Source: Alphaproteobacteria bacterium
GTDB lineage: Bacteria > Pseudomonadota > Alphaproteobacteria > Micavibrionales > Micavibrionaceae
Assembly (NCBI GenBank): GCA_021775965.1
Contig: JAJFGV010000008.1
Location: forward strand, 4,662 to 68,661
DNA: 64,000 nucleotides
Direction: 5' to 3'
Of the stretch, positions 55,947-63,923 are shown in pieces. Within the stretch, counting starts at the first letter, position 1, and every line of letters starts with the position of its first letter. The notes under the pieces were generated by a model, which was not told the DNA's origin, did no database searches, and saw only the letters and a list, made by a program, of their open reading frames with translations. A program made the position numbers and the translations under genes.

Positions 55947-57260
55947 ATGATGAAACATAGGGATAATGGTTTTACATTGGTCGAAGTGGCAATCGTCATG
56001 CTGGTTTCCGGGATTTTGTTAACCGCAGCGGTGCGGGGCTACGATTTGTTTTCCCGTGATAAAGAACGCCGGGTCACCGTGGAAAATATAGAGGCTGTAA
56101 ATTCAGCCATTGCCTTGTTTCAGGCTGCACATGACCGCTTTCCGTGCCCGGCCCGATTGACGGCGCGGCTTGGCGATCCTGATTACGGTCAGGAAATTGA
56201 TTGTAGCGCTGCTATTCCTATTGTGCCGCCTATCGGCGTTGACACAGTGGCGGCCCACCCCGACCGTGATCCTGATGATGATCCGGCCACGCCTCATAAT
56301 ATTTTGATTGGCGGGGTACCATTTGTCACGCTGGAGATGGAGGTGGATGAGTTTGATCTTACGATTTTCCACCCGGTCCGGCTGGATTTATCTTCGACGC
56401 AAATTCTTGATGGTTGGGGAAACAAGCTGACCTATGCGGTGAGTGAGAGCCTTGTGCAGCAGGATACCTTTAATGATGATTTGGGAGTTGTCAGCGTTTC
56501 GGATGAATTTGATCAAAGTCTTGTGGATCCGGAGCACAGTGCGCATTTTGTTGTCTTGTCCCATGGCAGCAATGGCCGGGGCGCCTATACCACAACCGGT
56601 GTCCGGATTGGTAATCCCTGCACAGGTGGATCTGTTACCTTGCCGTCACCGCCTGCGCCACCGGCGCCTCTGAATGGTGGCACAACAACGATCGAATATG
56701 AGAACTGTAATGGTGACGAATTGTTCATCAGTGCACTTAGAAACGACGTTCCCGGCAATGCTTATAATGATGACATCGCAAGTTTCCAGCTTTTTATCAG
56801 CTCTGATTTGTGGGAATTCGCGCCCGGTCCGCCTGGTGCACCTCCGACAGCTCCGGGCAGTATCGTCAATAAGAATTTTGGCAATGTTGGTATAGGGACG
56901 GATACACCGACAGAAAAATTGCATGTTGAGGGTAAATTGAAGGCCGAGAGTTCTAAATCTGTCAGAATTTGTAGTGCAGCCGGTGAGGCTGATTGTTTTG
57001 AGCCCGGTCTTCTTGGTGGCGGTGCAAATCCTTTTGATCACGCAAAAGATACGGATCCTCCCTCTCCTGATGGTTTAACGGGCAAACAGGGTATGTCATG
57101 TAGCGATCCTACACATGCCATGATTGGTATCGTTGACAACAAGCCCGTCTGCGCCAGTCCTTTTGTTGGCTTTGGCGGTATCACCGACAAGTGTGATCCC
57201 GGGGAGTATATGATAGGGATTAAGAGCAATAACACAGTCGATTGTGAGCCCTTTAATTAG
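55947..57260 (+). CDS. large prepilin-type protein, paralogue 3 (437 aa)
   Basis: MMKHRDNG|FTLVEVAIVMLVSGILL. DRFPCPA, GGVPFVTL, DGWGNKLTYAV, SHGSNGRGAY and NVGIGTDTPTEKLHV blocks. 10 Cys. Confidence 0.8.
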   Translation: MMKHRDNGFTLVEVAIVMLVSGILLTAAVRGYDLFSRDKERRVTVENIEAVNSAIALFQAAHDRFPCPARLTARLGDPDYGQEIDCSAAIPIVPPIGVDTVAAHPDRDPDDDPATPHNILIGGVPFVTLEMEVDEFDLTIFHPVRLDLSSTQILDGWGNKLTYAVSESLVQQDTFNDDLGVVSVSDEFDQSLVDPEHSAHFVVLSHGSNGRGAYTTTGVRIGNPCTGGSVTLPSPPAPPAPLNGGTTTIEYENCNGDELFISALRNDVPGNAYNDDIASFQLFISSDLWEFAPGPPGAPPTAPGSIVNKNFGNVGIGTDTPTEKLHVEGKLKAESSKSVRICSAAGEADCFEPGLLGGGANPFDHAKDTDPPSPDGLTGKQGMSCSDPTHAMIGIVDNKPVCASPFVGFGGITDKCDPGEYMIGIKSNNTVDCEPFN

Positions 57261-57439
57261 GACATTGGCCAGAAAAAATAAGCTATTCAGCCCCTACAAC
57301 CTGCCAAAGTACATAATTTATGCACTTTTATAATATTTTTATACATTTTATCTTGACATTGTTTTTCCATGCTTGGTACAAAGCAATAGAATTTATGGCT
57401 GGACTCCATAATTTGTTAAGATTTCCCACACAGAAACGG

Positions 57440-57481
57440 AAGCCGTTCTTCATTTCATGAAGGGCGGCTTTTGTTCTTTTT
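57440..57481. terminator. strong hairpin between convergent genes (candidate bidirectional terminator)
   Basis: AAGCCGTTCTTCAT / ATGAAGGGCGGCTT 14-bp stem (two G-U pairs), 3-nt loop, followed by TTGTTCTTTTT. Confidence 0.6.
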
Positions 57482-57488
57482 AAATAAA

Positions 57489-58343
57489 TTAAAGCGTTTT
57501 ATTGGCCGGCCTGAATGGCCCGAATATTGACGGCTTTTCATTGGGTTTGAGATAGCGCCCGGCGGCGATGATGTGGCCGCTTTCACGGTTTTGTGCAAAA
57601 ACCACAAAGCCTTTATGCTTATCCTTTAAATTGGCGGCGATGCGTATCGCCTTTTTATTTGTGCTACCAATATCCAGTTTTGTCATCGCACTGACGATAT
57701 TGTTGTAGACAATTTGTTTTCCCTTATTGCGGCCACCTGTAATGCTCAAATGATGCGGCTTGTCCGTCGTTGCTAGCCATATATCATAGTTGTCAATGCC
57801 TATACCTTCTTTTGTCTCGGGAAGAACAAGGTTAAACTGATTTTCTTTTTCTGCTTTTATAATTTCAATCCGGCCAATTTTTTGATCCGCAGCTTTCCGC
57901 ATTTTTTTTGAAACCTCATCAAGGCGGTAACCGACCGTTTCGTAAGTACCGTTAATCACCATTTGCGGCGTGTAATTTGGCCCGCTGCGCAAGATTGATT
58001 TATAACGGGTCTGACGTTTGCTGCAAAACGGCCTCGATAGCGATCCTTCCCGCACATCGAAATAATCAACATGGCAGGCGAAACCAATCACATTTTCCAT
58101 TTGCGACAGGTCATCCAGCAGGCGATCCGCTTTGGGACAAAACACACAGGCCTGTGATGAAAAAAGCTCCAGCACCACCAGCCCGCCCATTTCCGGTTGT
58201 AACGCTTCGGCCTCAACGGCGACGGGCGGCACAGCGGGCGGTGTGTTTTGTGCTTTGACTGGAGTTGGGGCGGTACCAGCATAAACCATCATAATACAGG
58301 CGAGAGATAAAACGAGTTTGAGGAGTATAGGGCGGCGTATCAT
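57489..58343 (-). CDS. DUF1223-family thioredoxin-fold protein (secreted)
   Basis: Signal peptide. VVLELFSSQACVFCPKADRLL (CxxC) and CHVDYFD match my recollection of DUF1223. Confidence 0.7.
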   Translation of the reverse strand: MIRRPILLKLVLSLACIMMVYAGTAPTPVKAQNTPPAVPPVAVEAEALQPEMGGLVVLELFSSQACVFCPKADRLLDDLSQMENVIGFACHVDYFDVREGSLSRPFCSKRQTRYKSILRSGPNYTPQMVINGTYETVGYRLDEVSKKMRKAADQKIGRIEIIKAEKENQFNLVLPETKEGIGIDNYDIWLATTDKPHHLSITGGRNKGKQIVYNNIVSAMTKLDIGSTNKKAIRIAANLKDKHKGFVVFAQNRESGHIIAAGRYLKPNEKPSIFGPFRPANKTL

Positions 58344-59152
58344 CAGGATAATTTTTCTTCCAGCAATTTGCGCATTGCCTTCATTTCTTTTTTTATGCTG
58401 AGGATTTCCTTGTCGACTTCAATTTCTTCTTTGTCGTGAACGAAATTCATCGCATCGACAATAATCCCGATAAACAGGTTTAAAACCGCGAAGCTGGTCA
58501 CAATGATAAACGGTATAAAGAACATCCAGGACCAGGGATAAACCGCCATCACTGGCCGTACCACCTCTTCGGACCAGCCTTCTAGCGTCATGATCTGGAA
58601 CAGAGTATACATCGAGGCGCCAATCGATCCGAAAAGTTCCTCGAATGCCGGGCCGAAGAGTTTTGTTACCAAAACCGAGGCCACATAAAAGATAATGAGC
58701 AATACGGCAATGATCGAAGCCATGCCCGGGATTGCGTGAAACAAAGCGGCGATCACCCGGCGCATTTGCGGCACCACGGAGACAAGTCGTAAAACGCGTA
58801 AGACCCGTAAGGTTCGTAGAACTGAAAGTGGTCCAATCGCAGGAAGCAGAGCAATCGTCACAATAATGAAGTCAAAAATATTCCACCCGGCACGGAAAAA
58901 CGACAACCCGTAGACGATGAGCTTCAAACAGATTTCGACCACAAATATAACCAGGGCAATGCTGTCGATGATTGTCAGAAAACTGCCAAAGCGTTCTACC
59001 ATGGCGCCATCGGTCTCTAAACCGAGCGTTACGGCATTCACCAGAATAACGAATGTGATAAAGCCCGAGAAACGTTTGCTTTCAATGAATTTGGCGAGGG
59101 AGCCGCGCCAGCCTGTAAATTGATTGTCTTGAAGATTGGACGGTCTGACCAT
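58343..59152 (-). CDS. bacterial voltage-gated cation channel (NaChBac/BacNav family)
   Basis: 6-TM single-domain architecture. S4 with LRTLRVLRVLRLVS Arg repeats. Pore LFQIMTLEGWSE, compared with the NaChBac TLESW filter. Confidence 0.85.
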   Translation of the reverse strand: MVRPSNLQDNQFTGWRGSLAKFIESKRFSGFITFVILVNAVTLGLETDGAMVERFGSFLTIIDSIALVIFVVEICLKLIVYGLSFFRAGWNIFDFIIVTIALLPAIGPLSVLRTLRVLRVLRLVSVVPQMRRVIAALFHAIPGMASIIAVLLIIFYVASVLVTKLFGPAFEELFGSIGASMYTLFQIMTLEGWSEEVVRPVMAVYPWSWMFFIPFIIVTSFAVLNLFIGIIVDAMNFVHDKEEIEVDKEILSIKKEMKAMRKLLEEKLS

Positions 59153-59256
59153 ATACTTTTCTACTCTGCCTTTTGCTTTGACGTTAAGGAGAAACTAAAA
59201 TTACCGAGTCCATCATAACAGAAAAAACCACCATTCATGCAAGCAAAAACCAAGGC

Positions 59257-59976
59257 TTGGACGCGCTTTACTGCAAGCCGAAGAGGGCAGTGCCGTCGGC
59301 GCTGCGCAAAACATTGGTCATTATGGCGCACGGCTTTCCCGGGCATAGGGCCGGCAATAATGATCTTTACGGCGATGTTGAATTCCTGCTGGCGGAAAAG
59401 GGCCTGCACACCCTGCGTTTTGATTTCAGAGGTTGCGGCGATAGTGACGGCTTGCCCGAAGATTTTACCATGAGCAGCGCCATAGAGGATTTTCAAAACG
59501 TCATGTATTGGGGCCGCGATAAAGGGTTTAAAAATTTTATTCTGATTGGCGAAGGGCTGGGCGCCAGCCTTGCTGTTTTGAATATGGAGCTGAACGTGAA
59601 CGGCCTGATTTTGCTTTGGCCGGTTCTGGATATGAAGGCTCATTCACAACATGTCTTTGGCAAACCTGATTCTGAAGCCAAAAAGAAGGGCTATATCGAG
59701 CATGAAAGCCAGCGCGTTGGGCTTGATTTTCTCCGCGAGCTTGAAAAAGTCGATATGGTGCATGGTCTGGAAGTGGTGCGCGCGCCGACGCTCATTCTGC
59801 ATGGCGCCGAGGATAAAATCGTGCCGGTGGGCCAGCTCGATCTGGCCCGCAAGCATATCCGCTCGGACCGTATCGAAATCACCACCTTCCATGATGGCGA
59901 GCACGGGCTGCCAAAGCTTAATCACCGCAAGATGATGTTTTACCACATCACCCAGTTTATTGAGAAATATGCTTGA
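59257..59976 (+). CDS. alpha/beta-hydrolase-fold protein lacking the canonical nucleophile serine
   Basis: VIMAHGFPGH oxyanion region, nucleophile-elbow position reads GEGLG rather than GxSxG, LHGAEDKIVP (acid), DGEHGL (His). Confidence 0.7.
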   Translation: MDALYCKPKRAVPSALRKTLVIMAHGFPGHRAGNNDLYGDVEFLLAEKGLHTLRFDFRGCGDSDGLPEDFTMSSAIEDFQNVMYWGRDKGFKNFILIGEGLGASLAVLNMELNVNGLILLWPVLDMKAHSQHVFGKPDSEAKKKGYIEHESQRVGLDFLRELEKVDMVHGLEVVRAPTLILHGAEDKIVPVGQLDLARKHIRSDRIEITTFHDGEHGLPKLNHRKMMFYHITQFIEKYA

Positions 59977-60088
59977 TTTTTGGGCTCCTGGCCGTGTATA
60001 AACCATCTCATTACAAGTATGGTCTGGCGAAACTCGGCTGCCTCGGCCATAAAACAACAAAAAGATATTATATATCAAGGAGATAGAA

Positions 60089-60334
60089 ATGCCGAAAATG
60101 AAAACCAAATCTGGTGCCAAGAAGCGATTCAAGGTCACTTCCAGTGGTAAAGTGAAGGTCAAACAGTCCTTTTCTCGCCACATGATGATGAACAAGCCCA
60201 AAAAGATGAAACGCAAGGCCAAAGGCACAACTGTGCTTTGTAGCGCCGATGAGCGCATCGTTTTGCGCAATTTCCTGCCTTATTTGCGCAGAAAGAAGAA
60301 AAAGACCAATCCTAAAGCAGTGGGAGAGAAATAA
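60089..60334 (+). CDS. rpmI: 50S ribosomal protein L35 (with ~15-aa basic C-terminal extension)
   Basis: [23 protein letters not shown] start and AAGGAGA RBS. Confidence 0.93.
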   Translation: MPKMKTKSGAKKRFKVTSSGKVKVKQSFSRHMMMNKPKKMKRKAKGTTVLCSADERIVLRNFLPYLRRKKKKTNPKAVGEK

Positions 60335-60711
60335 TGGCACGCGTTAAAGGTGGGCCACGCGCTCACGCCAGACATAAAAAAGTTATCAAGCAAGCCAAAG
60401 GCTATTACGGTCGTCGCAAAAGCTGTTTCCGCACGGCCGTACAGGCTGTCGAAAAAGCCGGTCAATATGCGTATCGCGATCGTCGCGTCAAAAAACGTAA
60501 TTTCCGCGCGCTTTGGATTCAACGCATCAATGCCGCCGCAAGGCTGAACGACCTGACCTATGGCACGTTCATGCACGGCTTGAAACTGGCCGGGATTGAG
60601 CTTGATCGTAAGGTTCTGTCCGACATCGCCATCCATGATGAAAAAGGCTTTGCCGCGATTGCGAAACAAGCCCAGGATGCGCTGGCAAAGGTTGAGAAGA
60701 AAGCGGCTTAA
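60334..60711 (+). CDS. rplT: 50S ribosomal protein L20
   Basis: [17 protein letters not shown] start. TAATG overlap with rpmI. Confidence 0.95.
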   Translation: MARVKGGPRAHARHKKVIKQAKGYYGRRKSCFRTAVQAVEKAGQYAYRDRRVKKRNFRALWIQRINAAARLNDLTYGTFMHGLKLAGIELDRKVLSDIAIHDEKGFAAIAKQAQDALAKVEKKAA

Positions 60712-60913
60712 GGATGACTGTACTGAGTACTGTAACATTCGCGGTTGCGACCACTCTTAGTTTCTCATCTGCAGGTGATACGCCATTGTATCCCCAACAA
60801 CCAGAATCAGACCAAAGAAACGAAAGACGTATGCCTTTTTTGGAGTCACGCCCTGAAGAAATCAAAAAGCCCTTGCCTGAAGTGAAGATACTTTAGTTTT
60901 AGCGTGTGCTGAC

Positions 60914-61369
60914 TTAACGGCTGGCTATTAATTCCTCAATGAGGCCCTTCATGCCTTCACGCATTTGAGAGGTAGAGCTAGCGATATTTCCTTCTCTCTC
61001 AGGATCGTCGAACGTCGAATTCTCTATATCTACGATATAGGCGGCGACTCCAAATATTCTGTGTGCGAGCTTGGATTCAGCAAGGTCTGCAAGTTTATGA
61101 TTACTGCCTGCCGACAGCCGTTCTTTTCTTTTTGTCAGTCTTGTTTTTTGGTTGTTGCTCGGTACGTAGTCTTGGCCAAACATAGACAAATTGCGACTAT
61201 ACTGATATTTGTTCTGATCTCGCACCTGAACCCAAAAATCTGGACCCAGTGACGGTCTGCCATCTGCCACCTCTTGAAAGGCAGCATCTAGTTTTTCGAT
61301 TGTTTGGGCGCCCTGCGTTTTGAAATTGGCGTTATTGGTTTTAAACCTGCCCCGTTCTCTATATTTCAT
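60914..61369 (-). CDS. hypothetical protein inserted between rplT and pheS
   Basis: 151-aa ORF in AT-rich context on the opposite strand. No motif recognised. Confidence 0.45.
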   Translation of the reverse strand: MKYRERGRFKTNNANFKTQGAQTIEKLDAAFQEVADGRPSLGPDFWVQVRDQNKYQYSRNLSMFGQDYVPSNNQKTRLTKRKERLSAGSNHKLADLAESKLAHRIFGVAAYIVDIENSTFDDPEREGNIASSTSQMREGMKGLIEELIASR

Positions 61370-61506
61370 GACTTATCCCTTACTTAATAATTCCATAAGA
61401 TCATAGTTTTATACATCTCTATATTATATGTCAAAATATATTTTTTCTTTACAAATTAGGAAAAATATCCTATAATATTTGCATGAAAAATAATAACAAA
61501 AACACC

Positions 61507-61668
61507 GTCATTGCGAGTACCCAAAAGGGCATAAACTTCGCGAAGCAATCCAGAGTCACATCGTATTTACTGGATTGCCGCGTCGCTACAAAGCAAAACG
61601 AAGTTTTGTTTGTGCTATTACAGAAGCGAACAAACCTGCGGTTTGCTTCGCGTGCTCCTCGCAATGAC
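61507..61668. repeat. MITE-like nested palindromic element (~160 bp)
   Basis: Terminal inverted repeats GTCATTGCGAG (61507-61517) / CTCGCAATGAC (61658-61668). Inner inverted repeat CGCGAAGCAA (61549-61558) / TTGCTTCGCG (61643-61652). Local 9-bp hairpin GCAATCCAG...CTGGATTGC (61555-61588). Confidence 0.6.
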
Positions 61669-61890
61669 AACCCGCAGTTTCTAAATATGAAAATGCGTTT
61701 TCCACGGAACCAACTATTAAGGAGACATAATACAGCCCCACCCCCTCCCAATAAAAATGAGGAACGAACTTACGAACTCGAATAACGAAGGAAAAACAAA
61801 GAGATAAAATGAAAATTATGGCTTCACCAAACCAACTATTAAAGGAAAACGCTTGGTGTCCCCACCCCTTAATGCTAAAAACGCTGGGTT

Positions 61891-62973
61891 ATGACTGATA
61901 TCGCAAGTTTAAAAACCGAATTGACCACGATGATCGAGGCTGCCAATGATTTGCAGTCCCTCGACGAAGCGCGCGTCACCGCTCTGGGCAAAAAGGGCAG
62001 AATTACCGGCCTGATGAAAACCCTGGGCGGCATGGACCCGGAGGAGCGCAAAACCACGGGTCAGGCTCTGAACGCTTTGAAAGATGAAATCGCCGGTTTG
62101 ATATCCAAGCAGGAATCTGCCCTGCGCAAACAGGAAATGGCCGGGCGGCTGGCAACCGAAACGATTGATATCACTTTGTCGCCACGGCCAGAGAAAAAAG
62201 GTCATATTCATCCGGTTAGCCAGACGATGGATGAGCTGGTAACAATTTTCGCCGATATGGGTTTTGAGGTCGTTGAAGGACCGGACATCGAAGACGAGTA
62301 TCATGATTTCACAGCGCTGAATTTTCCGATTGGTCATCCGGCGCGTGAAGAGCACGATACATTTTATCTCCCCGATGATCCGGATGAAAAAGGTGAGCAT
62401 GCAAGAAAGCTTTTGCGTACTCATACATCTGCTGTTCAAATTCATACGATGCTCAAGCGCAAGCCGCCTTTAAAGGTCATGTATATGGGTCGTACCTATC
62501 GGGCCGATCATGACATGACTCACACGCCGATGTTTCATCAGTTTGAATTTTTGCTGGTTGATAAAGGGTCGCACATGGGTCATCTCAAAGGTTGCCTGAT
62601 GGATTTCGTTCGCAAGTTTTTTGAAATTGATGATTTGCCCGTGCGTTTTCGCCCGAGCTTCTTTCCGTTTGTTGAACCGGGCGCTGAAATGGATATTGGT
62701 TGTTCGCGCAAAGATGGCGGCTTAAAAATTGGCGCCGGTGATGACTGGTTGGAGATTCTTGGTTGCGGTATGGTGCACCCGAATGTTTTGAAGAATTGTG
62801 GTATTGATCCGGATGAGTATCAGGGTTTTGCCGCGGGTATGGGCGTCGACCGTTTGGCCATGCTGAAATACGGTATTCCTGATCTGCGTACTTTCTTTGA
62901 AAGTGATGTGCGCTGGCTGGAACATTACGGTTTTGATCCTCTGGAGCGCCCCAATAACGCGACTGGAAAATGA
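61891..62973 (+). CDS. pheS: phenylalanine-tRNA ligase alpha subunit
   Basis: [15 protein letters not shown], class II motifs 2 and 3 ([26 protein letters not shown]). Confidence 0.95.
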   Translation: MTDIASLKTELTTMIEAANDLQSLDEARVTALGKKGRITGLMKTLGGMDPEERKTTGQALNALKDEIAGLISKQESALRKQEMAGRLATETIDITLSPRPEKKGHIHPVSQTMDELVTIFADMGFEVVEGPDIEDEYHDFTALNFPIGHPAREEHDTFYLPDDPDEKGEHARKLLRTHTSAVQIHTMLKRKPPLKVMYMGRTYRADHDMTHTPMFHQFEFLLVDKGSHMGHLKGCLMDFVRKFFEIDDLPVRFRPSFFPFVEPGAEMDIGCSRKDGGLKIGAGDDWLEILGCGMVHPNVLKNCGIDPDEYQGFAAGMGVDRLAMLKYGIPDLRTFFESDVRWLEHYGFDPLERPNNATGK

Positions 62974-63404
62974 ACAAGCTAACCATCCGTCCTCTGGTGC
63001 AAAATGACTTTCCGCAATGGTTGCCCCTTTGGGATGGCAACAATATGGACCAGCGCAACGAAGATGTCACGACAGAAACCTGGTCGCGGCTGCTGGACCC
63101 GAAATATCCTGTTCACGGATTATGTGCGATGCAGGATGATAAGATGCTGGGATTTGTTCATTACGTTATTCATCCGACCACAGGATCAATTGAGCCGGTT
63201 TGTTACATGCAAGATGTCTATGTCGATCCCGAGCAGCGCCGCAAAGGCATTGCGCGCGCGCTCGTCGAAGAAGTGGCGAAGGTCAAGACCCGCGAAAACT
63301 GGGCGCGGATTTACTGGCTGGCTGAAGGTGATAATGAAGCTGCGCAGGAGCTTTACAAAGATATCGGCGTGAAATTAAGTTTCACACTTCATGTTCTGAT
63401 ATAG
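62970..63404 (+). CDS. GNAT-family N-acetyltransferase
   Basis: ATGA overlap with phe[16 protein letters not shown] acetyl-CoA-binding motif (Q/RxxGxA). Confidence 0.85.
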   Translation: MNKLTIRPLVQNDFPQWLPLWDGNNMDQRNEDVTTETWSRLLDPKYPVHGLCAMQDDKMLGFVHYVIHPTTGSIEPVCYMQDVYVDPEQRRKGIARALVEEVAKVKTRENWARIYWLAEGDNEAAQELYKDIGVKLSFTLHVLI

Positions 63405-63413
63405 ATTTTATGA

Positions 63414-63923
63414 TTATCCGATAACTTTGAGATCAACCGCTTCGCGGCCTTTATCGACACCGCGCAAAGTAACACGAACGCGTTGTCCGGCTTGCAGCTC
63501 TTCAAGCTCCAGTTTATCGAGACAGCTTTTATGGATGAACACATCCTTCATACCGTCATCAGGAATGATAAAACCAAAGCCTTTATCTGGCTTGTACCAT
63601 TTGACAATACCACCCATGGTTATAGTGCCATCTTCTTCATTGGATTCCGGCATGGTACTGATTGAACCCTTATCAAGGACTTCAGTGACGTCCTTCACCT
63701 GCTTGCCTTTTGGGCCGTCGTAAACCGTGCACATCAAAATGGCGCCTTCACCAATAGAGTGAAGGCCCGCTTCCTGCAGCGTTGTAATGTGCAGAAAAGC
63801 ATCAAAGCTTTCATCATCAGGTACAACGAAACCAAATCCCGTGGTGCCGTTAAACCATTTCAGATGCATCTTTATCGGTACGAGTTCTTCCTCGGACGAG
63901 GACTCGGGGTGGACGTTCTCCAA
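63414..63923 (-). CDS. cold-shock protein with two tandem cold-shock domains
   Basis: Two CSDs: [16 protein letters not shown] and [18 protein letters not shown], with RNP1-like GFGF motifs. Confidence 0.9.
   Translation of the reverse strand: MENVHPESSSEEELVPIKMHLKWFNGTTGFGFVVPDDESFDAFLHITTLQEAGLHSIGEGAILMCTVYDGPKGKQVKDVTEVLDKGSISTMPESNEEDGTITMGGIVKWYKPDKGFGFIIPDDGMKDVFIHKSCLDKLELEELQAGQRVRVTLRGVDKGREAVDLKVIG

Noticed and set aside
59161-60270. 160-aa and 208-aa minus-strand ORFs.
   Set aside because: They are antisense to the alpha/beta hydrolase and the rpmI leader. They have no motifs, while the sense frames carry clear family signatures.
60280-60738. 152-aa minus-strand ORF.
   Set aside because: It is antisense to rplT (L20).
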